44,037 bases of DNA from Pseudomonadota bacterium (GTDB taxonomy: Bacteria > Desulfobacterota > Anaeroferrophillalia > Anaeroferrophillales > Tharpellaceae), in contig WFRT01000177.1 in assembly GCA_015486445.1 (NCBI GenBank), positions 1-44,037 of the forward strand, in the 5' to 3' direction. Shown one piece after another: positions 28,981 through 37,821 of the stretch; position 1 is the first letter of the stretch; every line of letters begins with the position of its first letter. The position numbers and the translations under genes are program-made. The notes under the pieces were generated by a model, which was not told where the DNA came from, did not search any database, and saw nothing but the letters and a program-made list of their open reading frames with translations.

Positions 28981-29970
28981 TTGCTCATAATCCGTACTTT
29001 TTTCACCCTGGCGGCCGCCCTGCTTTCTTTCCAGATCGCCAAAGCCCAGCTCCACCGGGTTGACTACGCCTGTGTCGCTTTTTTCGTCGCCGGCTGCCTG
29101 GTGGCCTACCTCTTCTACCTGGTCAGCCGCCTGAAACAGATTCCCCTGCGCACCATTCTCGGGGGATTCACCGGCATGGTGGTCGGGCTCTTCATCGCCA
29201 ACCTGCTGCTCCGCGGAGCGCCGTTCGTCGACCTCTTCGACAACCCACGGACCAATTTCACGCTCTACCTGCTGGTCTACTCGTTGCTGGCCTACGTGGC
29301 CCTCGAAGTCGGCCTGAAAAAAGGTGACGAATTCGACCTCATCCGGGCCCTGGTCAGCAAGAAGAAGGAGGACCAGGAAAAGATCGTCGACACCTCGGTC
29401 ATCATCGACGGCCGCATCGCCGACGTCTGCGAAACCGGTTTTATCGAGGGGACCCTGATCATCCCCCAGTTCGTTCTGCATGAACTGCAGTCGATTGCCG
29501 ATTCACCCGACTCGCTGAAGCGCACCCGGGGCCGGCGGGGGCTGGACATCCTGAAACGCATCCAGAACCAGGCCAAGGTCAAAATCGTCATCACCGACGA
29601 AGATTTTCCCCGGGTCAAGGAGGTCGACGCCAAGCTCGTCGCCCTGGCCAAAAAGCGGGAAGCCAAGATCCTGACCAACGATTTCAATCTCAACAAGGTG
29701 GCCGACCTCCAGGGGGTCGAGGTTCTCAATCTCAACCAACTGGCCGAAGCCTTGAAACCGCTGGTCCTGCCGGGCGAGTCGATGGACGTCCTGATCAGCC
29801 GGGAAGGCAAGGAACCCGACCAGGGGGTCGCCTACCTCGACGACGGAACCATGGTGGTGATCGACCACGGCCGGGAACGGGTGGGAGAAACCGCCAAGGT
29901 AATCGTCACCAGCGTTCTCCAGACCACGGCCGGCCGAATGATCTTTGCGAGATGCAAGAATGGCGGCTGA
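28981..29970 (+). CDS. Membrane-anchored PIN + TRAM domain protein (YacL-like)
   Basis: TTG start. About four N-terminal TM helices, a PIN-like core (IVDTSVIIDGRI...ILTNDFNL) and a C-terminal TRAM-like segment (GESMDVLISREGKEPDQGVAYLDDGTMVVI). The carD / yacL-like / ispD order is a conserved neighbourhood. Confidence 0.75.
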   Translation: MLIIRTFFTLAAALLSFQIAKAQLHRVDYACVAFFVAGCLVAYLFYLVSRLKQIPLRTILGGFTGMVVGLFIANLLLRGAPFVDLFDNPRTNFTLYLLVYSLLAYVALEVGLKKGDEFDLIRALVSKKKEDQEKIVDTSVIIDGRIADVCETGFIEGTLIIPQFVLHELQSIADSPDSLKRTRGRRGLDILKRIQNQAKVKIVITDEDFPRVKEVDAKLVALAKKREAKILTNDFNLNKVADLQGVEVLNLNQLAEALKPLVLPGESMDVLISREGKEPDQGVAYLDDGTMVVIDHGRERVGETAKVIVTSVLQTTAGRMIFARCKNGG

Positions 29971-31204
29971 AAAGGTGACGACCCGGGGTTACGCCGTAAT
30001 CGTCGCGGCCGGCGCCGGTCGGCGCTGCCCGGGACCTCTGGCAAAACAGTTTCTCGAACTCGAGGGCCAGCCCCTCTACCTCTGGAGCGTCAAGGCTTTT
30101 CTGCAGGACCCCCGGATTCATGGAGTGGTGCTGGTGGGACCGGCCGCCGACGAAGCGGCCCGGGCCGGGATGCGGGAGGCGGTGCGGGCTTTTCCCCGGG
30201 TTCTGGCGGTCGTTGCCGGCGGGCCGACCCGCACCGATTCGGTGGCCTGCGGGATCGACGCCCTGACCGAACAGGTGGCCCTGGCGGACAACGATCCGGT
30301 TCTCATCCATGACGGCGCCCGCCCCCTGGTCTCCGCCGAACTGATTGCCCGGATCATCGATGAAACCGCCGCCGGCCGGGTCGCCATCCCGGTAACCACT
30401 CCCACCGCCACGGTCAAGCAGCTCGACCGGAACACTATCCTGAAAACCCTGCCCCGGGAGACTCTCGGCCTGGCCCAGACCCCCCAGGGACTGCCCTGCA
30501 AACTGTTGCTCCGGGCCCTGGAGTATTACCGGCGCCACCCCGATCCCGCCCGCCCGGCCACGGATGAGAGCGCCCTGGTCGAAGCCCTGCCGGAGGCTTT
30601 GCGGAAGGGCTTTAACATCGTTGCCGTCGCCGGGGAAACCCGCAACCTGAAAATCACCTTTCCGGAAGACCTCAGGCTGGCCCGGGCCCTGCTGCCGCAA
30701 TCGCTGCAAGAGCACGGTTCCTTCCCCGCTCCGCCTTTCGCCACCGGTTTCGGTTATGACGTCCACGCCTTCGCCAACCAACGCGAGCTGGTCCTTGGGG
30801 GCGTAAAAATCCCTCAACACACAGGGCTCGCCGGACACTCCGACGCCGACGTCCTGGTTCACGCCCTGGTCGACGCCATCCTCGGAGCTGTCGGCGCGGG
30901 AGACATCGGCCAACTCTTTCCCGACCACGACCCCGCTTACAAGGACATGTGCAGCCTGCGCTTTCTGGAAAAAGCGGTTGAGCTGGTGCGGGCGCAAGGA
31001 CGGCTGCTCCTGGCCGCCGATATAACCGTGGTGGCCGAAACCCCGAAACTGGCACCCCACATCCCGGCCATGCGAAACTGTCTGCTGGAGGTTTTAGGCC
31101 CCTGCCAGCTCAATCTCAAGGCAACCACCAGCGAAGGCCTCGGGTTTACCGGTCGCCGGGAGGGCATTGCCGCATACGCCATCGTCACGGTGGCGGCTCC
31201 ATGA
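29960..31204 (+). CDS. ispDF: Bifunctional IspD/IspF (MEP cytidylyltransferase / MEcPP synthase)
   Basis: ATG at 29960 overlaps the upstream stop by 11 nt. IspD motif AVIVAAGAGRR..KQFL. IspF half GFGYDVHAF...GHSDADVLVHALVDAILGA. Confidence 0.9.
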   Translation: MAAEKVTTRGYAVIVAAGAGRRCPGPLAKQFLELEGQPLYLWSVKAFLQDPRIHGVVLVGPAADEAARAGMREAVRAFPRVLAVVAGGPTRTDSVACGIDALTEQVALADNDPVLIHDGARPLVSAELIARIIDETAAGRVAIPVTTPTATVKQLDRNTILKTLPRETLGLAQTPQGLPCKLLLRALEYYRRHPDPARPATDESALVEALPEALRKGFNIVAVAGETRNLKITFPEDLRLARALLPQSLQEHGSFPAPPFATGFGYDVHAFANQRELVLGGVKIPQHTGLAGHSDADVLVHALVDAILGAVGAGDIGQLFPDHDPAYKDMCSLRFLEKAVELVRAQGRLLLAADITVVAETPKLAPHIPAMRNCLLEVLGPCQLNLKATTSEGLGFTGRREGIAAYAIVTVAAP

Positions 31205-31220
31205 ACCTGCCCCGGCCGAG

Positions 31221-32048
31221 ATGAGCAAAAACTTTCGCGCAAACCAGATTTCCCGGCCCGCACCCGCGAAAGGTTCGGGCCGGCCCAGTGAAAACCAGGC
31301 TTGGATGCTGGCCCTGGGAGTCTCGATCCTGATCCACATCCTGATCCTGCTCCCTTTGACCGACTACAACCCGTTCCGCTTCAACCCGGCCGGTCAGACC
31401 GTCAAGGTCCAGCTCCTCGAGCCGCGGGCCGTGGCCAGGACCAGGAAAAAGCCCTCGCGCCAAGTGAAGAAAACCGTTGTCAAACACCGGAAGCAACGTA
31501 AACTCAAGCAAAAGCCTAAGAAAAAGCCGGTCAAGACGAAAAAGCCCAAACCGGTCAGCAAAAAATCGCTCCTGGCCCGGAAAAAGAGCCGGCCCCGCAA
31601 GCCCAAACCGCAGAAAGCGGCCGACAGCCGCCTGGCAAAAATCAAGAAGAAACTGGCCCGGCAGCAGGAGGAAGAGAAACTGGCGGCCATCCGTCAGCGC
31701 CTGCAAGCCGAGAGTTCACCGGCCGCCCAGGCCCGCCGCAACGCCCTGCTCCAAGAATATCAAGAGCTTCTCAGGGCCTGGCTGATGCGCAACTGGCACC
31801 TGCCGGAACATCTCTTAAACAGCGGCCTCGAAGCCACCATCAGCCTGACCATCGACGCTTCGGGACAACTCCTGAGCCAGAAAGAGGAAAAGCTTTCGGG
31901 CAACCTGCTGTTTGACAATGCCATGCGCCAGGCCGTGGCCGGGGCGCAGCCGTTTCCACCTTTTCCCCCGGATCTCAAGCTGCCTCGGGAGGAGTTCGTT
32001 ATAACTTTCAACCCCAACAATTTGAAAAAACCGGGCTCTGGCGACTGA
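31221..32048 (+). CDS. tolA: TolA-like / TonB-C-domain energy-transducer protein
   Basis: ATG at 31221 (MSKNFRAN). Single TM WMLALGVSILIHILILL, a Lys/Pro-rich spacer (KKPVKTKKPKPVSKK..), a coiled region and a TonB_C-like end. Sits directly upstream of tolB. Confidence 0.65.
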   Translation: MSKNFRANQISRPAPAKGSGRPSENQAWMLALGVSILIHILILLPLTDYNPFRFNPAGQTVKVQLLEPRAVARTRKKPSRQVKKTVVKHRKQRKLKQKPKKKPVKTKKPKPVSKKSLLARKKSRPRKPKPQKAADSRLAKIKKKLARQQEEEKLAAIRQRLQAESSPAAQARRNALLQEYQELLRAWLMRNWHLPEHLLNSGLEATISLTIDASGQLLSQKEEKLSGNLLFDNAMRQAVAGAQPFPPFPPDLKLPREEFVITFNPNNLKKPGSGD

Positions 32049-32101
32049 CAACAGCCCGGGGAAGCAATCAACAGGTTAAACTGAAAACAGGCTGAACCTC
32101 G

Positions 32102-33451
32102 ATGAAAAAAACCGTTCGCTATTTCACGTCCCCGACCACCGTCCTTTTCTTTCTCCTCCTGCTGCCCGGGCTTTTTTTCCCGCCCGCCGCGAGGGCCCGG
32201 GTCTACCTCGAGCTTGACTCCCCCAACCTGCGCCGGGTCCCGATCGCCGTGGCCCCCCTGATTCCTTTGTGCGGCAGCAGTGAAGACCGGACAATCGCGG
32301 ACACCGGGCGTCAGATCCTGCTTGACGACCTCGAGTTCTCGACCTTTTTCAAACTGCTGTCGGACCCTTCGACCTACCTGGAAAAACCGCAAAAATGCAA
32401 CCTGACCAAGGGAACCTTCGACTTTCGCAACTGGTCCCTGATCGGCGCCGAGCTGCTGCTCAAAACCGGCTACTCCGCGGTCGGCGACCGCCTGGTGGTC
32501 GAGTTCCGGCTCTACGACACCCTGGCCGGCAAAATGATCGTCGGCAAACGCTACCGGGGGCGGCGCAAGAACCTGCGCCTGATTTTCCACAAGTTCTCCA
32601 ACCAGGTAGTCAAAAGCGTTACCGGCCTGCCCGGAGAGTTCACCTCCAAAATCGCCTTCTCGGGACGCAAGAAAAACGGCACGGCCCAGGAACTCTACAG
32701 CTGCGACTACGATGGCCATGAGCGCCGCCAGCTGACCCGCAACGGTTCCCTCAACCTCTCGCCGGCCTGGTCGCACGATACCAACAAGCTGGTCTTTACC
32801 TCCTACCGCCGCCACAATCCGGATCTCTACCTGATCGACTTTCTCAAAGGCAAGGAGGTCCTGCTCGCCAGCCGCAAGGGGATCAACACGGCGGCCGACT
32901 GGTCGGCCAGGGACCGCTACCTGACCTTGATGCAACGTTATGAAAGCCACAGCGAGATCACCATCATCAACGCCCTGACCGGCAAATCCATCCGCCGGCT
33001 GACCCACAGCAAGGCCAACCAGGCTTCCCCCTGCTGGTCGCCCGACAACAGTATGATCGCTTTTGTTTCGGACCGCAGCGGCACCCCGCAGATCTACCTG
33101 ACCGCGGCCGACGGCGGCACGCCCTGGAAACGCCTGACCTTGAGCGAGGTTTACAACGCCAACCCGGACTGGTCGCCGCACAACAACACCATTGTTTTTA
33201 CTTCCAGGATCGACGGCATCTTCCAGATCTGCACGATCAAACCTGACGGTTCTGGTTTCCGGCAGCTGACCTACGCTCCCAGCAACTGCGAGACCCCGAG
33301 CTGGTCACCCAACGGCCGCCACATTCTCTTCACCCGGAAACTCAACGGCACCTATCAGTTGATGGTCATGGATGAAAAGGGGCGCAATCTCAAACAGGTG
33401 ACCTTCGACAAGCTTGACAAATTCAGCCCCGACTGGTCAGGCAACCGGTAA
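32102..33451 (+). CDS. tolB: Tol-Pal system beta-propeller protein TolB
   Basis: 449-aa ORF with a signal peptide and repeated WSPD/PDWSP propeller blades (PAWSHDTNKLVFTS; PCWSPDNSMIAFVSDRSGTPQIYL; PDWSPHNNTIVFTS; PSWSPNGRHILFT). Confidence 0.9.
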   Translation: MKKTVRYFTSPTTVLFFLLLLPGLFFPPAARARVYLELDSPNLRRVPIAVAPLIPLCGSSEDRTIADTGRQILLDDLEFSTFFKLLSDPSTYLEKPQKCNLTKGTFDFRNWSLIGAELLLKTGYSAVGDRLVVEFRLYDTLAGKMIVGKRYRGRRKNLRLIFHKFSNQVVKSVTGLPGEFTSKIAFSGRKKNGTAQELYSCDYDGHERRQLTRNGSLNLSPAWSHDTNKLVFTSYRRHNPDLYLIDFLKGKEVLLASRKGINTAADWSARDRYLTLMQRYESHSEITIINALTGKSIRRLTHSKANQASPCWSPDNSMIAFVSDRSGTPQIYLTAADGGTPWKRLTLSEVYNANPDWSPHNNTIVFTSRIDGIFQICTIKPDGSGFRQLTYAPSNCETPSWSPNGRHILFTRKLNGTYQLMVMDEKGRNLKQVTFDKLDKFSPDWSGNR

Positions 33452-33657
33452 CGCCGCAACTTCCGCTCTCCGTTCCCGGCCTCAGGCGGCCGGCCCAGCG
33501 ACCCGGATTGCCTCGGTTTTTTTGTCCCCGGCGGGTCCCAAGCCGCCGAGTCCTGAAGCCCAGCAACCCGGCGGCCCGGTAATTTTAAAACCGATTTTTA
33601 GATGACTCCGCACCTTTCAAGGCCGGAATTTAATTAGAATTTCTAATAAAAAGCGTG

Positions 33658-33690
33658 GCGACCGGCATAGCCGGCGCTTATTCGCTTGTA
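33658..33690 (+). terminator. Possible weak intrinsic terminator after tolB
   Basis: GCGACCGGC-ATA-GCCGGCGC hairpin (one bulge) followed by the T-rich TTATTCGCTTGTATTTTCTT. Confidence 0.3.
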
Positions 33691-33813
33691 TTTTCTTGAT
33701 TTTTTATGTTAAAGAAGATAGTAGTAGTACATAAGAACTAGGTTATGGTTTACAAAATCACGTTCGAGTAATTTAAACCCTGACCCACAGACAGAGAAAG
33801 AAGGAGTCAAAAA

Positions 33814-34368
33814 ATGAAAGCAGTAAGAATTGTTTTGGCCTTGATCCTGGCCGCAAGCTTGATGTTTGCGTTCACCAGTTGTACCTGCAAACCCGGAGAT
33901 ATCGCCGAGGAACAGGTTCAGCCCAAAGTCATGGAAACCCCGGCAGTCGCCACCCCGGCCCCGAAAGTTGAACAGCCGGCCGCGGTAAGCGCCGCCGTTC
34001 TCAAAGTCGGCAACCGGATCGTCGATGTCGGCGACCGCATTTTCCCGATCTATTTCGATTTCGACAAATCGGAACTGCGGGACGATGCCCGGGCGACCTT
34101 GAGTGAACTGGCCCAGTGGCTGAAAGACAATCCCTATGTCAAAGTCCGGGTCGACGGCAACTGTGACGAACGGGGCTCCAACGAATACAACCTGGCGCTG
34201 GGTGAAAACCGCGCCGCCAGCGCCAAGAAATACCTGGTCTACCTCGGCATCTCTCCGGACCGCCTGGAAACCATGAGCTACGGTGAGGAGAAACCGGTAT
34301 GTACCGAATCCACCGAAAGCTGCTGGAGCAAAAACCGGCGTGATGATTTCACCATCATTGCCAAATAA
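33814..34368 (+). CDS. pal: Peptidoglycan-associated lipoprotein Pal (OmpA-like domain)
   Basis: Lipobox FAFTSC. OmpA_C motifs IYFDFDKSELR, GNCDERGSNEYNLALGENRA and NRRDDF. Strong SD AAGGAG. Confidence 0.9.
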   Translation: MKAVRIVLALILAASLMFAFTSCTCKPGDIAEEQVQPKVMETPAVATPAPKVEQPAAVSAAVLKVGNRIVDVGDRIFPIYFDFDKSELRDDARATLSELAQWLKDNPYVKVRVDGNCDERGSNEYNLALGENRAASAKKYLVYLGISPDRLETMSYGEEKPVCTESTESCWSKNRRDDFTIIAK

Positions 34369-34382
34369 CGGGTCATGGTCAT

Positions 34383-34414
34383 GGATTTTCGGGCTCTTCG
34401 GGGCCCGAAAATCC
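34383..34414 (+). terminator. Strong hairpin after pal (12-bp stem); terminator-like but without an immediate U-tract
   Basis: GGATTTTCGGGC (34383-34394) / GCCCGAAAATCC (34403-34414). A second overlapping hairpin AAAATCCG (34408-34415) / CGGATTTT (34433-34440) is followed by TTCTGTTG. Confidence 0.5.
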
Positions 34415-34564
34415 GTTGTCATAATTTAGCTGCGGATTTTTTCTGTTGTCCACATCATCTACTTAATTAATAAGGGTGCCTTGAGATTCACGATTCCGAG
34501 GTGCCCTTATGTTATATGTACATAAAAGAGTAAGTTTTCCCGAAAGCGGCAGAGGTTTTCGTAC

Positions 34565-35377
34565 ATGGCTGCAATCCCAAGGCAAAAGCTGGTTCTGGTC
34601 ATCATCGTTCTTCTGGCCCTGTTTCTGACGGGCTGCGCCAATGACAGCCAGATCCGTGAGCAGCAGGCCCTTTACCAGCGCCTCAGCGCCGTGGAACAAC
34701 AGCAGAAAGCCCTCAGGGAATCTCAGCAGAAGCTCAACGCCGACACCAACATCCGCCTCGACAACCTTGAAAGGGAACTCAAGCTTTTAAGTGAATCGGT
34801 CGAAGACAGCCTGACCAAGCCCGAGGAGATCGGAGCCAGCGCCGCCAGCCCCGAGATCGATGCCGCCTTGGAACGCATTGAAAAACGCCTGCAGAAACTG
34901 GAACAGCAGGCAACCGGAAACCCGGCGGCACCGAGCCCGTCATCCCCCGGCAAAACCCCTCCAGCCGTGGTTCCAGCAAAAAAATCTCCGCCGCCGCCCG
35001 GAGCCCGGGAAAAAGCACTCTACGACGATGCCTACGCGGCTTTCAAAAGAGGCAATTTCAAAGCCGCCAAGAGCAAGTTCAAGAAATTCATTTCCACCTA
35101 CCCCAACAGTACCTACAAGGTCAACGCCCTCTTCTGGATCGGCGAATGCTATTACAAATCCAGAGACTACGCCGAGGCCATCATTAAATACGACGCCATC
35201 GTCGCTTCCTATCCCCACCACCCCAAAGCACCCAGCGCCTTGCTGAAACAGGGGTTTGCCTTCATTCAGCTCGGCGACACGACGGATGGGAAACTGATCC
35301 TGGAAAAAGTGATCAAGAATTACCCGGGCACCGACCAGGCGGAAATCGCCAAGAGAAAACTTAAAATTCTCAAGTAA
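34565..35377 (+). CDS. ybgF: Tol-Pal system protein YbgF/CpoB (coiled coil + TPR)
   Basis: 270-aa ORF with a signal/anchor, a coiled-coil N-half and a C-terminal TPR block (YDDAYAAFKRGNFKAAKSKFKKFISTYPNSTYKVNALFWIGECYY...). Confidence 0.85.
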   Translation: MAAIPRQKLVLVIIVLLALFLTGCANDSQIREQQALYQRLSAVEQQQKALRESQQKLNADTNIRLDNLERELKLLSESVEDSLTKPEEIGASAASPEIDAALERIEKRLQKLEQQATGNPAAPSPSSPGKTPPAVVPAKKSPPPPGAREKALYDDAYAAFKRGNFKAAKSKFKKFISTYPNSTYKVNALFWIGECYYKSRDYAEAIIKYDAIVASYPHHPKAPSALLKQGFAFIQLGDTTDGKLILEKVIKNYPGTDQAEIAKRKLKILK

Positions 35378-35490
35378 ACCCTATTCCAAACCATAGATTA
35401 AGCGCCCCGCGCAAATCAGGCATAGATTGTGCAGGGATTAACCATACAGGACAGAGTTTCCGTAATTGGGCTAAAGAAATATTTCATTAG

Positions 35491-35522
35491 TTACTTAAAA
35501 GTAACTCATTACTTAAAAGTAA
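35491..35522. promoter_or_regulatory. Two tandem 14-bp palindromes TTACTTAAAAGTAA (candidate operator) 7 nt upstream of the pilM ATG
   Basis: TTACTTAAAAGTAA (35491-35504), CTCA, TTACTTAAAAGTAA (35509-35522). Each unit is a perfect inverted repeat (TTACTT/AAGTAA). Confidence 0.55.
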
Positions 35523-35529
35523 TCAAAAA

Positions 35530-36603
35530 ATGTTATTCAAGAAAAGCAAAACCCTACTCGGTCTCAATATCGGCTCCGGCAGCATCAAGATGGTCGAATT
35601 CAAAGATACGGGTTCGGTTTACACCTTGAACAATTTCGGCATGGCGGTCCTGCCTCCCGATGTCATTGTGGACGGCACGATCATGGATTCCGGCGCGATT
35701 GTAAACGCCATCAACAGCCTGGCGGCCAACCTCAAGATCAAGAAGAAAAGGATCTGCACTTCGGTGGCCGGGCATTCGGTGATCATCAAGAAAGCGACCC
35801 TTCCCAAGGTCGATGAAAGTACTATCGAACTCACCATCCAGCAGGAAGCCACCCAGCACATCCCCTACGACATAAATGACGTCAACCTCGATTTCCAGAT
35901 TCTCGGACCCTGTCCCGACAATCCCGAGCAGATGGAAATAATCCTGGTGGCGGTCAAGAGAGAGACCATCAACGACTACCTCGGGATTGTCGAAGAAGCC
36001 GGGTTTGTGCCGGTAGTCGTCGATGTCGACACCTTTGCCTTGAGCAATACTTACGAATACAATTACGAAACGGAGAACAGCAGCGAGGTCACCGCGCTGG
36101 TCGATATCGGGGCCAACCTGACCAACATCAACATCCTCGACAAGGGGGTTACCGGCTTCTCCCGTAACATTACTTTCGGCAGCCGGCTGATCACCGAACA
36201 CCTGCAAAAGAAATTCTCCTTGAGCTACGACCATGCCGAGGCCCTTAAGCATGGCTGCCCGGCCAACAGCCGGGTCTCCCAGGTCGCGGCCCTGGCGGCA
36301 ATCAGCGAGTCCGCCTTCTCCCTGGCTAACGAGATCGACAAGGCCATAGAATTTTTTCACAATTCGGCGGTTACCGAAGGCCGGGTGGAAAAGATAGTTT
36401 TGAGCGGCGGGGGAGCCAAAACCCCGGGAATTGCGCAACTGATTAAACAGAATGCCGGTATTGATACTGAAATCATCAATCCCTTTCGCAACATAATTAT
36501 TCCGGAGAAAAATTTCGATCAGGAATACATCCGGGAAATTGCACCCCTGGCAGCCGTGGCCACCGGCCTGGCCTTGCGCAGTGATGAGGCCGTACGCAGA
36601 TGA
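35530..36603 (+). CDS. pilM: Type IV pilus assembly protein PilM (actin-like ATPase fold)
   Basis: 357-aa ORF with LGLNIGSGSIKMVEF at the N-terminus and GGGAKTPG. First gene of the pilMNOPQ order. Confidence 0.9.
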   Translation: MLFKKSKTLLGLNIGSGSIKMVEFKDTGSVYTLNNFGMAVLPPDVIVDGTIMDSGAIVNAINSLAANLKIKKKRICTSVAGHSVIIKKATLPKVDESTIELTIQQEATQHIPYDINDVNLDFQILGPCPDNPEQMEIILVAVKRETINDYLGIVEEAGFVPVVVDVDTFALSNTYEYNYETENSSEVTALVDIGANLTNINILDKGVTGFSRNITFGSRLITEHLQKKFSLSYDHAEALKHGCPANSRVSQVAALAAISESAFSLANEIDKAIEFFHNSAVTEGRVEKIVLSGGGAKTPGIAQLIKQNAGIDTEIINPFRNIIIPEKNFDQEYIREIAPLAAVATGLALRSDEAVRR

Positions 36604-37211
36604 TCCAGATAAACCTGCTTCCCGTCCGAGCTGAACGACGCAAGGAATTTATCCGCAAGCAGCTCATGATTGCTGGGCTGACTCTTTTGGTGACGATAAT
36701 TGTGATGGGCCTGTTCTATCACAATCTGCAAAACCGCCTCGCCACGACCAAGAAAGAGCTGCAACTGACCAACCGGGAGATTAAAAAACTGCAACCGGTT
36801 ATCAAAAAGATCGAAGAGTACAAGAAACAGAAAGCGGAGATCAGCAAGAAAATCGCCATCATCATTGACCTTGACCGGCGCCGGCCGGCACCGGTCATCA
36901 TTTTTTCCGACCTCAACCGGCTGCATCCGGACAAGCTCTGGTTTACCTCTTTGAAACAATCCGGAAAGAACCTGACCATAACCGGAATAGCGATCGACAA
37001 CGAAACCGTGGTTTCTTTTCTCAACAACCTGAAGAAGTCAAAGGTCTTGAAGAATGCCGATTTGACCATGCTGCGATCGCAAAAGGTCGCCAAACTGACC
37101 CTTAAAGGATTCACCATCAACTGTCCCCTGGACTTAAAATCCCTGGACCAAGAAGTTCAGTCCTTATCCGGTTCCAAGGAAAACAAGGTTGCCGAGGAAA
37201 ACAATGGCTGA
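36600..37211 (+). CDS. pilN: Type IV pilus assembly protein PilN
   Basis: MIQINLLP start, single TM, coiled coil. ATGA overlap with the pilM stop. Confidence 0.85.
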   Translation: MIQINLLPVRAERRKEFIRKQLMIAGLTLLVTIIVMGLFYHNLQNRLATTKKELQLTNREIKKLQPVIKKIEEYKKQKAEISKKIAIIIDLDRRRPAPVIIFSDLNRLHPDKLWFTSLKQSGKNLTITGIAIDNETVVSFLNNLKKSKVLKNADLTMLRSQKVAKLTLKGFTINCPLDLKSLDQEVQSLSGSKENKVAEENNG

Positions 37212-37821
37212 TCTGAATTTAGATTTTCTCCATAGCTATTCGCCATTGAAACGGATCCTGATCCTGGCGGCAATGATTGCCGTCCTGGTCGCCGCTTTTA
37301 TCTACTTTCTGTACCTGCCCCAGCTTAAAACAGTGCAGAGAGAGGAGAGAAAACTCAAGAAAGCCCGGGTGAAACTGCACCAGACACAGCAGATAGCCGC
37401 CCAACTGCCGGCCTTCGAGGCCGAGAAGGAAAAGCTCGACCGGGCTTTCAAAAAGGCCCTCAACCGGCTGCCCGACAACAAGGATATCCCGGCCCTGTTA
37501 CTCAAGATCACCCAGTTGGGCAAAGACGCCAAACTCAAGTTCAACCTGTTTCATCCCTTGGCGATCAAAAGAAAAGATTTTTATGCCGAGGTTCCCATCG
37601 ATATCGAGGTGAACGGAAGCTATCACGCGGTCGGTCGCTTTTTCAGCCAGATCTGCGCCATGCCCAGAATCGTCAATATCAGGAATTTCAGCATGGGTAA
37701 ATATCACCAGGAAGAGGGAATGGATGTCCTGACAGCCCGTTTCCAAGCCGTGACCTACACTTTCGTAGACCAGCCGGCCCCCAAGAAAAAGGGTAGAAAG
37801 AAAGGCAGGAGAAGAAGATGA
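37204..37821 (+). CDS. pilO: Type IV pilus assembly protein PilO
   Basis: ATG at 37204 (MADLNL..) overlaps the pilN stop by 8 nt. TM, coiled coil and a ferredoxin-like C-terminus (VPIDIEVNGSYHAVGRFFSQI). Polybasic tail KKKGRKKGRRRR. Confidence 0.8.
   Translation: MADLNLDFLHSYSPLKRILILAAMIAVLVAAFIYFLYLPQLKTVQREERKLKKARVKLHQTQQIAAQLPAFEAEKEKLDRAFKKALNRLPDNKDIPALLLKITQLGKDAKLKFNLFHPLAIKRKDFYAEVPIDIEVNGSYHAVGRFFSQICAMPRIVNIRNFSMGKYHQEEGMDVLTARFQAVTYTFVDQPAPKKKGRKKGRRRR

Noticed and set aside
29906-31060. 384-aa minus-strand ORF
   Set aside because: Antisense to ispDF, which has both IspD and IspF motifs. The translation has no motifs and a low-complexity composition.
31760-33181. 473-aa minus-strand ORF
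   Set aside because: Antisense to tolB (clear beta-propeller repeats) and the end of the tolA-like gene. The translation is Gly/Val/Ala/Arg-rich with no domain signature.
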